Both the position numbers and the translations under genes were made by a program. Of a stretch of DNA of 64,000 bases, positions 1-14,399 are shown piece by piece. The stretch covers positions 96,720,001 through 96,784,000 of the forward strand of contig OZ024740.1 of NCBI GenBank assembly GCA_964016885.1, in the 5' to 3' direction. How positions within the stretch are numbered: the first letter of the stretch is position 1; every line of letters starts with the position of its first letter. The DNA is from Eledone cirrhosa. Its lineage: Eukaryota. The notes under the pieces are model-generated. The model saw only the letters and a list, made by a program, of their open reading frames with translations, was not told the origin of the DNA and ran no database searches.

Positions 1-368
1 TACTACATTGTGTTAAAGGTATATACATGTTATTAATTTAAGTATTTAATTACACAAATGTCTATATAGTTTATTATTACACATTACATTAAATGTCTCT
101 ATATATTAAATATCCATTACTTTATATAATATAATTCAGCTATACTAGTTATACCAAAAGGTGGTAACTTTATATTTAAATCTAACAGTTATTGCAGAGA
201 ACAAAACTAGAGGTGCATAGGAGTTGTGTAGAGGGAAGAGCTGATGAAAGAGTGTGTAGTTGTGGGTGCTGATAAATCTTATATGTGAAGTGTTAAAGGT
301 GGTGGAGAATTCATATCTGACATTAATATATACTAACAGCTAGGTTTAAAGTTATGGAAAGAGTGACG

Positions 369-632
369 CTATCGGTGTTTGCACGAGGAAAATGCCTCTG
401 ACTTTTTATTAAGGAGGTCTATTTTCGAAAAGATTATAGTATGGGTCTCTAGAAGACAGAGATTACACAATTTATTCGGTGGTTTATAAGATGAGGCCTT
501 ACCTACTACTTCCCATTGCAGTGTAAATGGTCTATTCCTAGTTTTCAGAGAGTGTACGTAGCTAGATAAAGAAGTGGAGTTGGCTAGATTGTGTTTCTTG
601 AAAGAGAGGAGGTTAATTACATGTACAAACAT
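369..632 (-). pseudogene. Penelope-like element GIY-YIG endonuclease C-terminal fragment
   Basis: Translation HNLANSTSLSSYVHSLK...LQWEVVGKASSY...CNLCLLETHTI...LLNKKSEAFSSCKHR matches the C-terminus of the PLE ORFs at 40547-41113 and 50005-50337. Confidence 0.85.
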
Positions 633-2099
633 TGATAATGCTCCGATGACTCCAATGAGAGTTTGGAAGAAAAGATTGTCACCAATTAAATGATTTGAAC
701 ACAGCTTTGATAATTGTATAATTTATTTATTTTCCTGCTCTGTAAAACAACTGATGTTCATTCATTGAGCTATTTCTCTTACTGGTAATAAGGTAATTGG
801 AAATGATTTACCTTCCTGTTTATTGTTGTTTATACTATATACATAGCTATAAATAGTATTATTATTATCTTTATATATATGTATCTATATATATATAGAT
901 ACATATATATGTGCGTGTGCGTATGTGCATATACGCGTGTGTGAGCGTGTGTGTGTGCGTTTATGTATGTGTGTGTCAAAACCATTCAAGGTAGAAGTTA
1001 TCAGTAACGACCGCTGCAGAATTTCTATTTAAATTTTCTCGTGAGCAGCTGAAATTCGGCGTGATTTAGTAACGTACGTTTTATTGGGTTACTGATTTAG
1101 ATATAGGTGTGGCAGTTTTAATACCAGTATTCATCCACGAATTTAATTTCTGATGTGATATTTGTTATGTAGTTTTTTGTAGTTTTATTTTTTACGTAGA
1201 TTTAGTCGAGCCTGATAAATGATCTACATATGTCGGAATCGATATCACATTTGTAATTGTTGTACGATGGCCTATGAAGTCTCGATGTATGATACTAGTA
1301 GTTTACAACATCTTTAGAGCTTTAAATTATCAATATTATTAAGATATACTTCACGAAAACCAACTACACTTCAGTTATGTTTTACTAGTTCGTGTTAGAG
1401 TATGATGACGTTTGTTTAGTTTAGATGTTCAATGAACTGAACATATTTCATGTTACATAATGCGTACGAGGTTGACTATTCCGCAGCTATGTGTACGCTT
1501 AGTGTAATCCCCCCGCTGAATTCCAATGGCACAAGATCCTACAATTATTTACCTTCCAATTATAGATATAATCCTTCCGATAGACTTCCCACCAATTTCA
1601 CTCAGGTGGTGAGGTTCGACCTGAAACTATATTAAAGACGCTTTTCGCAAAAGTCATCACAAAGGGTGATCGTACCCAGAATCAGATGATAAGTATTCGA
1701 ATTGGCGAGCATACCTATATATGACCTGCACGGTCGCTTACGTTCTACGACGGTCATATGATCAATATTAAATCTAAATACTAGTAGATTGACGTTTACT
1801 GCACTGGAAATGGATCCATTTCATTTCTGGCAATGTTCGTTTCAAGTCATTGTATACTTGTAAAGTAATTACTACTAACTACAATATATCTGCTGAATTG
1901 ATCTGGTAACAATTTATTTTCTTCAAGCGTGTATAAAACAAATATTAGGTAAGTAGGGAAGAAAATTGTCAGTCGTTAAGTGTACACATTCAAATTTCGA
2001 TATGTTTGTGATACAGATTATACATAAAATGGTAGCCGTGGTGATGAATAGGAAGATTAAGATCCTGTTATTGATGATGATGATCGTGGTAATGATCAT

Positions 2100-2560
2100 G
2101 TGGGTGATCATGATGATTAGGTGGTGTGTACCTGTCGTTTATTAATATCTATCCTCGTTGTGCCTATAGCTCTTCTACTTGTTCCAGTTAATTACTAGTA
2201 TTCTAATTGCATGTAATTGCATGCAACCAATTGGAATGTTTGTTTTAGATTTCGTTTTCATCAGTAAATCTACGCAGTTTTCTTTTGTTTTTTTTTCTTC
2301 TTCTTTTACAGTTAAATAGTATTACCATTGAAACAATTCCTTTTAAGGTGCTTACTGCTTCTTGAAGTAAAATTAGTTCAAGTAAGATTTAAAATACGTT
2401 ACTTAATTGCTGTTTCTTAACCGCAAGCAAATAGTTGAATGCAGTTTGCTTCACCTCAAACACATAGATTAGCTTCAGAAGAAAACAACAATAACATAGT
2501 CATTTTAACAATTCAACTATTCTCCATTTTAACATTTTCCAAACCAATTCTCAATTCCCT
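2100..2560. repeat. Dispersed repeat, copy 1 (similar to 14400-14840)
   Basis: Shares colinear blocks with 14400-14840, e.g. tcgttgtgcctata-ctcttctactt, gtaattactagtat, tacgttacttaattgctgtttcttaacc. Boundaries approximate. Confidence 0.75.
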
Positions 2561-3106
2561 CCATTAGAAACGTAACGCCGCAAGGACAAGTTTTAGTTTT
2601 GATGATTTATGTTAATGATGTCGATAATGATACTGAGTAAGAAGGGGGGGGGGTTACATGAAGAGGAACAAGACAATAATTATTTCGTCATTGCCATGCT
2701 GAGCCTTACATCAGTATATACATGAGCAAAATATTCCAACTGTGACTATCCCTTATTATAGTGAATTTATTATACAGTACGGAATTATTTACGATATATG
2801 CTCTTAGTCACTGATTTCGCTGCAACAACTATCACGACTGTAACCTTTTCTGAAAGCAGATCCAATTTTGTAGAATACGCCCTGCCGATATAAGGAAACA
2901 CTATAGCTGAGCGCATGAATAATAAATATGAACAGGAAAATGGAAACAAAAATGGTCTTCTCTTTATAGACCCTTCACCACTTTATAATTGTTCTCGAAA
3001 TCCACATCATATTAATGTCATCCTGCGATCACTTGCCATGAACGATATTATTATCAACTCAGACACTACGATCACTTATATAAATATACGTTAGTCTTAT
3101 ATGGGC

Positions 3107-3247
<141 letters not shown>

Positions 3248-3459
3248 TATATTTAAAAGAATAGAGGTGTAACACAGATTAGAGAAAACATCACGGGCGC
3301 TCTATCTCAAAATTATTTTTGAAAAGCATTAGGAATGCCCAACCGGTAAAACTTAAAACCAAAACTGAATACTAACCAATACTATTACGAATTTTCACTT
3401 ATTCCTAATTAAACTATTTTTCACTGTGAACAATTTGTCAGCATTTTCTTTTCAGTTTA

Positions 3460-3498
<39 letters not shown>

Positions 3499-3613
3499 GC
3501 GTACGTATGTATGTATGTATGGTTAAATATATATATATACATATAAAAGAACATTTTCGCTCTACATGGCTGAATACGATAAATGTAATCTGAGTTTTTT
3601 CAAATATTAATAA

Positions 3614-3742
3614 TTATTTCTACTTTAGGCACAAGGCCAGCAAATACCCAGTACATTACTGGTACTTTATTTTATCGAACCCGTAAGGATGAAAGGCAAA
3701 GTTAACCTCGGCGGGATTTGAACTCAGACTGTAAAGGGACGT
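3614..3742 (-). mobile_element. tRNA-derived SINE, 5'-truncated
   Basis: Reverse complement of the family consensus gagttcaaatcccgccgaggttaactttgcctttcatccttacggg...gataaaataaagtaccagt...ggccttgtgcc. Confidence 0.85.
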
Positions 3743-3838
3743 ATCGATGTGTTTGCAATTGTGCAAAGAAGCCTCAATTTTATAGCCATGTCAGTAGAAT
3801 GAACCCTTCCTTCTTGCTCTTGTGATGGCATGGGAAGA

Positions 3839-3888
3839 GAACTGCAGACACTAATATTTCTTGGTATTACCTTTCATCAATACAGCTC
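3839..3888 (-). ncRNA. Type I hammerhead ribozyme motif (family B, C3>U lesion)
   Basis: Minus strand reads gagctgta-UUGAUGA-aagg taata ccaa-GAAAU-attagt-GUC-tgcagttc. Stem I gagctgta/tgcagttc pairs fully with G-U. Confidence 0.6.
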
Positions 3889-4282
3889 ATTGTCCGCCTG
3901 CCAAAATGTCAGAGCCAGTGAAAATATTTGCTATTTTCCAAAATATACAGTGACTGTTCGCCCTGATTTGCATATTAGGAGACTGGCCGATCAGTCAGAT
4001 CTGCATATTAGTAGATCCACTGATGAGCCAGAGTTGCATATAAGCAGACTGGCCAGTCAGTTTCCTGTAAACGAGCGATAAATGGCCGGCTTTGCCAAAT
4101 TCAAATAAAAAAGAAACTTGTCGCTCTACATGGCTGAATACAAGACATCTATTCTGAGTTTTTCGAATATAAATAATCACATTCGATTGTTTGCATTTAT
4201 GCAAACAAGGCTCAATTGTATAGCCATGTCATTAGAATGAACCCTTCATTATTGTTCCTGCTCTTGTGTGGGTTTGCGAACA

Positions 4283-4332
4283 GAAATAAAGACACTAATG
4301 TTTCTGGGTATCACCCTTCATTAGTACAGCTC
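4283..4332 (-). ncRNA. Type I hammerhead ribozyme motif (family B, degenerate)
   Basis: Minus strand reads gctgta-CUAAUGA-aggg tgata ccca-GAAAC-attagt-GUC. Core G5 is mutated. Confidence 0.55.
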
Positions 4333-4577
4333 ACTGTTCACCTGCCAAACTGTCAGAACTATAAAATTGAGGTTTGTTTTCATAATTGCAAACAAATCGA
4401 ATGTTATTATTAATATTCGAAAAACTCAGATTACATATATATATATAAGAAAAATGCCAATATAAGAGCAAAAATGACGTGTACATTCTCCTGACATGGC
4501 TATAAAATTGAGGCTTGTTTGCAAAATTGCAAACGAATCGAATGTTATTATTAATATTCGAAAATATTAATAATTAA

Positions 4578-4770
4578 GTAGTGGGTTTGGCAGTATCAGT
4601 AGTAGGTCGGTCGCCATGCTTTGCAGCATAGCGTTACGCCCCTTTATGGTGTGAATTCAAATCCCGCCGAGGTTCACTTTGCCTTTCATCCTTACAGGGT
4701 CGATAAAATAAAGTACCAGTAATGTACTGGGTTAATTGCTGGCCTTGTGCCAATAGTAGAAACAATTATT
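4578..4770 (+). mobile_element. tRNA-derived SINE, full length
   Basis: A-box-like tggcagtatcag, B-box-like gaattcaaatcc, central gcctttcatcctt...gtcgataaaat domain, 3' ggccttgtgcc...gtagaaacaattatt. Confidence 0.85.
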
Positions 4771-4828
4771 AACATTCGAAAAACTCAGAGTACATTTATT
4801 ATATATATATATATAGGAACATTTATGG

Positions 4829-4924
4829 CCCCGACGGCAGAGCTGAAGCCGTTTCGACGGCTATTTCTGGACTAAATTTGAATTTTTAGCCTGTTAAATA
4901 AATAGCCGAAATGTTCAAGGGGAA
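4829..4924 (-). ncRNA. Hammerhead-like motif in a PLE-type terminal repeat (same family as 39489-39580)
   Basis: Minus strand reads cccc-UUGAACA-tttcggctattt...aaatagccgtc-GAAAC-ggc ttcagctct gcc-GUC-gggg. Confidence 0.6.
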
Positions 4925-6225
4925 CTTCCTTATATGGGAAGATTGTATCTGTCAAGAGGATTGGTCAAAATTTATTGTAAACACAATTAAATCTATCATG
5001 GCTGTGGATGGGTGGTGGGGTGGCTGAACTTGCCTGTAGAACATTGAGGGAGTGGGTGGAGCCGGTCAAGCGTTGAAAGTGAAATCTAGATATCAAATTC
5101 TAAGGATTGTGTATGAAAGTAGGCCAGAGGAAGAAGGCGAAAAGGGGCTGGAGAAAAATAGCGTAGAGACGTTATAGAATAGGTAAATCAATGGAGATTA
5201 GGAGACAATTAAAAAATAAGAGAAAAATATATAAAAATATAAAATTGGATAGTAAGAAGTGATAAAAAACAAAAACTGTAGAGTCAAAATAGCTGCTATA
5301 TTTAGTTGGTGTTGCTTTTTCGGCCAATACTATAGAATAAGTTAATAAGTTGAGAATAGAAGATACTAAATAAGAATGTTTGAAACTATAGAATTAGGTA
5401 GTAAAAAGTAATACAAAATCTCTGGGGTCTAACACAGCTTCTATGATTAGTTAGAATTGCGTTTTCGGCCAATGCTCTCTTTAATTTACTGGGGTGGGGG
5501 TACTGAGGCTACACAGTCTGATAAGATGCATCGGGGTAGGTGAATTGTGATTCTCCGTCACTGTTGCCAACCTGTACCGGTCATAGACTTTCCCGTGGAC
5601 ATCATCGGTGGCGTGGAGAGTGGGGGGAGATTGCATGGTGACAACTGGTCTTCCTCAAACAATCTTACCCAGACTTGTGCCTAGGACGGAAACTTTCTAG
5701 GTGCAAATCACATTGTCATTCGTGACCGAAGCGGGTCTTGAATATACAGCGCCTACAAATCTACCTAACTTGTTCCTCATTGTCGCTCCCTGCATTGGTT
5801 AATGCACGCATGCGCACACTCACAACTATACATTCCCAACAGCAACGCCAGCTTTATCATGATCTGACGCAAATACTATCACGGCTGTACACAAACAAAC
5901 ACACACACATACATCTAAACGCAGCTGACCACCCAAAATACTCAATGGCTATCTGCCTTTCAAAATCCCACAAATGTCTATGTTACATTCTGACCACCAC
6001 TTCTCCAACATGGCTAACTGAATACATACGTGCTTTCTCCTCAATTTGTTCCCAGTTTCTACTTTTCAAACTTTCTATATATTTTTTTGATTATTTTTGT
6101 ATCTTCTAAGGAATGACTGACGTCCAATATTTAATACATTTTCTTTACTGTATCAAGTGTTCAAGTAATATATATCTTCATTGTAGCGTATTTTTTGCTC
6201 TGCTGCTTATCCGTTTACTTATTGA

Positions 6226-6273
<48 letters not shown>

Positions 6274-6419
6274 GCAGAAAACCAACCCTTCGGGTGGTTT
6301 TCTGCTCGCATGTGTAGTGTGTGTATTGGAATTATACGCAAATATATAGGCATATAGATTTATGTAAATTGAAATGTAAATTAACAATATCTTCTTCTTT
6401 ACCCATTTATTTCTGACAG

Positions 6420-6960
6420 GTCGTGGGGGCAGAGTCATTCTCAAACACTCCTTCCAGTGAGCCTGTGAGTAGCAAACATCTCTAACTAATCCAGCTGGGT
6501 CCCAAAGCGTGACCAGCCAATCTCATGGATGTTATCCAACTATCTTGCTCAGGGTCTACCACCGTGTTTCTTGCCAGTTGGTTTTGACTGTAAAATTTGT
6601 CCAGCGATTCTTACATGAGACATTCTAACCACATGCTCATAATTTCGGAGTTGTGATCTCTCAATTCGGAGAAGTAGTGGCTCTACGAGGAGTGACAGTC
6701 AGGTCTCTGAGATATGCACTTTATAGAGTAACGTTACTCCAAAGACCTTTCGGAGGAATCCCATTTCTGTCTCCTTTATTTGCAAATGTATTTTTTGGAC
6801 ATTACTCAAGATTCGGTATCCTCACTAAGAGATGGCAGGAATACCAGGAAGACAGTGAGTTTGGCTTTTACACCTACCCCCTTCTTCTGATTGCTGACTG
6901 CTGAGGATGGCGCATTACTGCATCAGCTATTGCAATTCTTGCACTTAATTCAGCCTCCTG
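6420..6960 (-). mobile_element. Decayed RTE-like LINE 3' fragment
   Basis: Minus-strand translation with stops gives GKKHGGRP..LDNIHEIGWSRFG.., resembling the G.R.RGRP..W.D.I C-terminus of RTE ORFs. Confidence 0.5.
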
Positions 6961-7254
6961 CATTCCATCACACATACACACGGCTCAAGATACTTGAACT
7001 CCTCTAACTGCTTCAGTAGAACTCCATACACATGCATATAAATTTGAGGGACTTCTGTCCACTCGTCCATCACGCAATGTGTATGTGTGTTTGTCTGAAT
7101 GTATGTGTGTGTAAAAGGAAGGAAAGGGATAACACATATATGTCTCTAACTTAAAAACAATTTCAGACACATACACACACACGTGACTCTAATTTAAGAA
7201 CGCCGACAAACTCACGCGTGCACAGACACACACTGTCCTATTACCACTCAAGAG

Positions 7255-7915
7255 CTTTGGTCCGGGCAAATATCCCCTCAATTTTGCAACCGTCTTGGTT
7301 GTCCTGAATTGATGGGAAAAGAATTGACGATTTTACTCTGTTCTCTTGGTCAAGAGCCAGGTGCCTTACCCGGGACGTCACAGTTAGTGACTCGTTTGCT
7401 TCTTCCTACATTATGGATGCAGTGGTAAGAATGAGAGCTACAGCATCCGCAGCTGAATGGAACAACATCCTAAAGTACCGTGTTCTGTCAGCTAACTACA
7501 TTATCCAGCCCGTGGCGTTCGAGACGTTTGAGGGAGTCGGGCTACTGACAGTGAGTTTCTTACCTTCACTGTGGGCTCGCCAAACAGAGGTAACTGGTGG
7601 TGGTCGGGAGGGCACCTGGTTGTTCCAGCACCTCAGCCTAGCCATCACCCCAGGTAACGCTGTGAGCGTGATGGCTTGCCTCAACAATTATTAGAGAGGT
7701 TTCCCAGTGTTCCTCGATATATTGCTATCTTTTTCTTTGGTAGCGGCTCGTTTTCCCAGTCTTTCGCCTGCATATTGTTCTGTGGTCTATTATATGTGTA
7801 TTACCTGCTTGTATATTATTTATCTTTCTTGTTTTGTCTCTCCCTTTCCTCTGTTAGTGTTTTCGTTCTGTAACCATTATCTTAAATGAGTTTTAAAAAA
7901 AAAGAGTTAATAAAT
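7255..7915 (+). mobile_element. Non-LTR retrotransposon 3' fragment with restriction-like endonuclease domain (CRE-like)
   Basis: DGKRID..., RDVTVSDSFASSY, AAE.NNILKY, PVAFETF.GVG, RE..WLFQHLSLAI..GNA.S follow the PD..D...E..K..KY RLE pattern. A-rich tail near 7895-7920. Confidence 0.75.
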
Positions 7916-10900
7916 AAATAAAACTTTATAGTTGCTTTAGCCTCCCATTTCCACGTCACCGAACACTGCTATCATGACTGTATGCGTAGTATTTGTGTAA
8001 ATATATATGTGTGAAAGTATGTATATTTGTGTGATTATAGTTATATACTCATAATAGTTATATACTCATACATACAGATGTATGTATGTGCATACTCATA
8101 CATGTCAAAATCGTAATCCCTCTATATCTCTCATCACCCACTCTCTCTTTATTTATATATGGTAGTTGAAGTGTTGGTTGTGGCGACGATATACCGGAAG
8201 TGCAACTTTGAAAAGAAGTCAATTTTAAATTATTTATTTTTACGAAATTAATTGTTTACGAAATGTAATACATAAATTAAGTAATATTCATTCATTATTT
8301 ATTCAAGTTAATTCAACTTATTTTACTAACTGGATTAAAAGATATAAACCGTACGCAGTCCGGCAGACCTCAATTTATTATAGTTTATATATATACCTTA
8401 TGTGTCTGTGTGTGTCTGTTCATGTGCGGTTGTGTGAGTGTGTGTGTATGTGTGTGTGTGTTTGTGTATGAATATGTGTATGTGTATATTTACAAATATA
8501 TCTAGAACCGTTAGTATTTTGAATAGTTCCATAACAGGCTACAATGTTTATCATCAGTGGTATCGAAATAATGTACATCACATAATAGACTGAGCATCAC
8601 ACCGAATATTAATGGATTCTATCATATTGATAATTACTTATTTCTATATTGTATAATCATTTTATATATAGAAGAGGAGTAACTGTGGTTGTCCTTGTCA
8701 ACGTTTCATTCCTCTTCATCATGTATCTCTTAAGTCTTAACAGACCTTTGTCCTGATATGATGTATTTTGGTATGAATTATTTCAAGGTATTGATAGTAA
8801 TGGTAAACATTTGTTCGATAGAGATTTCTATCAGATCGATCGATCACATACCGTCTCACTCCTTTTTGTAACACGAATCGAAAATTGTTTTGAAATATTG
8901 AATAATGTGAAGACATTGGTACAACAGAAAGCAAATTCCAACTTTAATAATTTGCTTTTTTAATCACACATCTGACTTGCTTTTCGCGGCATATGTCAAT
9001 AAAATGAAATGTTAAAGCCTTATTTCGATGCATATGTTATGAATCTTAAACAATTGTTTATGAATTATGAATTTTAGATTATTTATCAAATTAAATATTC
9101 AGACACTAAAATGTGTGATATCCAATTTAAACCGGATATCCTGCGAATCAAGCAAAAACACGTCTAGGTTCCTACTTGACTGGATACAACTAGAAAGGAA
9201 ACCTTCCTGAAATTAGACTCTCCCGCGAAAAAGATGGTTCGTATTGCATTTGCAGGGTTTCAATCATTATGTCTAACAACGTGGATTGTCACTGTTGAAA
9301 TCATATTCATTATATTTCTATTTCAACATGCATGATTTAATGTTAAACAATAGTAAGATATAATATGTTAAAATGTAGTCCCCCTCGGTATCTTATTACA
9401 CTTCAATATGATTTAATATTACAATATGTTACATATAATCAATCATTGAATGGGATTTTATGACTTCAAATATAAATTGGATAAAGATGTAAGCCTATGG
9501 CATTTGCCTAAAAATGGTGTTATATATACAGGCAAAATGTTTAGTATATCTCATATAACATTTGATTAAGAGACGCGTATTAATATACATATATCTTCTA
9601 GATATCAGTACAGTGAAAGGGACATCTTAAATTCAGTATATTTAATGAGTTATAGAACTCGCCATATTAACGAGAATATAATTACAATGTATTGTAAAAC
9701 ACATAGTGTAATTGGATTTAATAGATTTACTTTCAGGTAAAGATGGTAATTACTATTTAATAGTTATAAGTTTTCATTTAATCAATTCGTTGTTAATAGG
9801 AAAGCCACATGCAGCTATGGTACATGAATATTTATACGTTACGAGAGTACACATTTGTGTGGATCTAGGTACATTTATCTATGTTTTCATTTCAATTTAC
9901 TACGACAGACCTCTTTAAATTCTGGACAACTTTTTAAAATCAGGCTTTAATCTAGAATATTGAAAGATTTACTGAAATATGAAGTTTCAATAGTAACTAA
10001 ATAGTAGCATCGCCAAGATTATCACATATCATGCTATCTCTAGGCATCAAGCTCTTTTGAGGGAAGAAAGTCTTTGCACGCGGCCTATCTCATTCTCTGA
10101 ACATTGGATGCATGTACCGAAAATGAACACGTCTATAGAACTCGTCTATATCATTGGATCCAAACGAAGTCGCAGGTTTCAAATCAGAGTGACCTACTAG
10201 AAATATGTCTTAGAGCAGACTAGGATTCTCTCCTCAGAAAGAAAGCAAATACTTCACAGATGGCCGTTGACTCTCCTGAGCTTTGTTTTTCATACATCGG
10301 GGTGTCCAAAATCACTCTCCTCTACAATAAAGCTTGGTGGGATTGCAGGTTTAGTCACCATTTTACCAATAGCGCTCAAGAGTGACTATACATACATATG
10401 CATACATACATACATACATACATACATACATGCATACATACATACATACATACATACATACATACATACATACATACATACATACACACATACATACATA
10501 CATACATACATACATACATACGTATATAGACATGTCCATGCATGCATACATACATCAATATCTAGTTATAGAGCTCATGTATAGCCACCGATCCTATCAA
10601 TCACACATGTTAATACTGAATCCACTGAAAGGGATATGAATACTATTGTCTCCTCTTCCATTAGGTATCTATTTATAAAGAACTTGAAAATAATATCAAG
10701 CTTTGAATTCTATCCATCGCTCTCAGTTACAACTATACCATACAACTTTCTCTTATTACTATCACTCCGGAAGTACTTTTAGTAAGTGGAATATTCTGTG
10801 GGAAAAGGGCAGTGCATATAGTGCTTTTCGTACCTTTGATGTAGGTGGTTGGATGTCAAAATATTGGACTCCGCAATGAAATTGGAAGTAGGAAGTGTCG

Positions 10901-12004
10901 GTGTTCAATGAAATAATTCATTGCATTTATCACCCCAGAATAGAAATGGTCCCTTCAGGTTATTGCATATATTTTCCTTTTTCAATCGAAAGAAATTAAT
11001 ATGTATCACAACTATAGCAAGTGTGCGCTTACTATCACAAACCATTTCTCAGATGCAAATACTCATCATTTGTACTGTTGGAATATTCGCACAAAGCAAA
11101 TTAATTCACAGCATATCAATTTTTAAAACAAATATGTTGATTATACATTCAATTGAAATATCAACTCTACACTGCACAACCTCGTCTGCGGAGCTGAAAT
11201 GTTTTACACTGCAACAAAAAAATATCACTCAGTTTGGTATATTCCAATTTCAAAATCCAATAGGCAGTCAATTTTTCTTATAGCATTAATCTTATTCTGT
11301 TTGTTGTGAAAACCAGTAGTCAGGCTTCTAAAATAGATATGAACGTAAAACCACTCCGGCATTTTGCCCTTAAAACACCTAAGAATGTTTATGTAGAATA
11401 GTAAAAATAGTTTCAAGGACATTTAAATTATAGCATCTGTAACTCCTCCTATTTCATAACGAAAACTTTTGCCTTGAAGCAATTTCCGTGTTTTCGCTCC
11501 GATTCTTGATCGTAAATTCTTATCAAATATTGAATAGATGTAAAATTCTCTACGGAATAATATAAGAAAACGTAAATTGCCTTCGGTTATATATTTCACA
11601 TACCTTCGAGATTGTTGCAGCAGAAATCAGTGGCTTCCATTCTTATGAGAACATTACGATCACGGTGAAGATATAATACAAGTTGGCATACTATATTTGA
11701 TTTCCTAATTGTTGACTAAACTTCCAGTATTTGGAAAAAGCTAACAATGTTCAGAATCGCAAAACGCATCAAATGGAAGTCAAATAAATTGGCATACGGT
11801 TTAAACCATTTTAGTGCTAACAGCTTCATCCTGCTTTCGCTGTCTATTTAAGGGTGTAGTCAAATTTTCATTGATAGACGTCCATGGAATCGCTCTTTAA
11901 ACTGAATACATTTCAATGACGATGTGACTAATCACTCACGAATCGTTTCTTATCGTTTATACTGTTCTATATAGCATTCCAAATGAGTTGCATTATTATC
12001 GGGG

Positions 12005-12195
12005 AGCGGTAGATTGGCAGTATCGGTAGAGGGTCGGACGCCCTGCTTTGACACATAGAGTTACGGCCCTTGCCATTCTGAGTTCAAATCCCGCCGAGGT
12101 TAACTTTTCCTTTCATCCTTGCGGGGGCGATAAAATAAAGTACCAGTAATGCATTGGATAATTGCTGGCCTTGTGAGAAAAGTAGAAATAATTAT
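12005..12195 (+). mobile_element. tRNA-derived SINE, full length, with target-site duplication
   Basis: A box tggcagtatcgg, B box gagttcaaatcc. Flanking direct repeat attattatcggggagc at 11992-12007 and 12191-12206. Confidence 0.92.
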
Positions 12196-14399
12196 TATCG
12201 GGGAGCTAAATTGGCTCAAAAGAGTTATCAATTAGGACGGCTTTTAGTGCTAGAATAATATTGTGGCAATTTTAGAAAGCAATGCATTTTAAAAAGCAGC
12301 AAAATGTTGAAACGCAAACAACTTGTCTTGTGGCATTTGTTCTGGCTATTAGCACACCAAAAACCAAACCACTGGGGACAACATTACCTTTCATCCATTC
12401 TGTATTGATAAAATGAAGTACTCTATCTAAGGTACTGAATTAATATAGCTTCGGACGAAATGCATAGCGACATATATATCGTCTCTGAATTTATATCCAT
12501 TTGTCACCATATTATGTGAAATACCTAATTCGATTTTCGATTAAATAAATCTGCTTCTTATTTTGTTAACATTAGCGATGTTCACTCTGTTGCAAGTACT
12601 CGTAAAAGGTGGTCAGTTTTAAAAATATCTTATTAGCCGCCTCCTTCTTTCTAGTGTTCGCCACCAGTCTCTGGAACCTTGAAAATAAAGAAAATGTGGG
12701 TGGCACATTCAGCGATGGACTAGACAAAGGGATTACGATGTTTAGTTGTGGCCCTTTATATTTTGATTTTAAATCCTATAAGAATTGGTTTTAGTGATAT
12801 TAGTAGGAGATATTCGAGTATATATTTCCTTACAGCGTACAGACGATGGAAAATTAATGATGACGCGATTGTTAATATGACGAAAGTTCGGGTAAGATTT
12901 CCGAGGTTGATATGAAGTCAATGAACTCATATATCTTAAATACCCAAAACAGATGATTTGTTAATACGCATCCCATTTCCAAAACAATTCCTCTCCCATA
13001 GCAATAAACCGGAAACCGTTTATTATTGGAGTATTGGGAGTCATAAGGTCATGTGCTGTAAAAATTAATAGATCTCACAAATTCCTAGAAATTACAGAAA
13101 ATTACAGTTAATGAGTAATGGCTTAAACTTAGGTTTCGTTTAGGTTTTTGATATATCTGTAATGGCTACGTACGTGCCCCTTCTGCTGTAACCATAGCAG
13201 CCTTTTAAAATTTACATATAGCTAATCTGCTTCAGTTCTAACACAAATCCTACTATTGAGGTAAAAACTATTTCTGCACCTCTGCATAGGTTTCCTCATC
13301 AACCGGATTCGAAATGTAATTCTAAAGTTGTGTGAAGCTGCCCACTGGTAGCATCATAATATCAGTATATATAGGTATGATGTGTTAGATGGAAATTGTG
13401 TACATTTATGCGTTTTAAACAACATGGGCATACATATTTGTAATTGGGATTCTTCTCTAGCACGGCGTGATTGTATGCGACCAGTGATGGTAGTCCCATT
13501 CACAGTTACAGCTAAGTAACAAATAAAACTACAACGTGAATATAATCTAGTTTCTGAAACTGAATGCTGTCTGATTATGCCCCTTTGCAATCACAATACC
13601 TTTGATTTGATCCCACTGTGTGTACTCTTGGACAAGTAAATGTGCCATAGCATCGTGACAATCCAAAGTTTGTGAGTAAACTTGTCTAAAAAGAAACTGT
13701 TAAAATCTAGTGTGTTGATATTACCTGTAATTAAAATGACACACCAAACCAGACATTGAGATGAGTTGATATGGCTTGGCAATTACGTTAAAGGTATAGC
13801 TGTCTGTAGAATAAGTAATCAATAGTCCATGGGTTTGTGTTCAGTCTCGTAGCCGCACAGAAACCCTTAAAGTAGATTAAATTATGTAAAACAAACAACA
13901 AACGTACTCAACAATTACAGCTAGAAGGATTAGGGGCAGTATGTTATGATTCGCCCTACAAAACTGCCATTTCATTGACGTGACAAGAAACTGGGACAAT
14001 ATGGTCTATAAATAGAAAAGCCCATTGACAAACGATACATTTGACTCCAACAAAAACAAAAATCGGCTTTCATCAGAAGCAAGATAATATCCTTCAACAC
14101 TTACGACGAACGATCGGGTAATACAATCATGTTGCTTGAACACTTTTACTCCGTTTTCCGGATTATAATTATGTACTATCTTTAAATGTTATATGTAGTA
14201 ATACATATGGGTATGTGAGTTTCTAATTATGTGAATATGTGGTGGGTATTACGTGTCTACGTGTGTTTGTGAATGTGTGTTTATATACATACGAATTGTA
14301 CAATACTTCATGAGATTCTACACGAACAGGAGATAATGGGAATCATATTCAAACATTGTAAATATTTACGTCAGTGTTCTTGGTTGTGATGATGAACAT

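Larger units (their letters stand above)
3546..4435 (-). mobile_element. Family B hammerhead-bearing tandem element (retrozyme-like), about 2 units of ~444 bp plus an inverted segment
   Basis: cgctctacatggctgaata recurs near 3558 and 4122. HHR-like motifs lie 444 bp apart. Segment ~4355-4435 is inverted relative to the rest. Flanked by TA tracts and homologous to 23609-24687. Confidence 0.7.

Noticed and set aside
12005-12100. tRNA gene (A/B boxes)
   Set aside because: No cloverleaf. It is the head of a multi-copy SINE with TSDs.
12870-13130. Possible RLE-type LINE C-terminus (IIGVLGVI, LQKITV)
   Set aside because: Too short and degenerate to call without a search.
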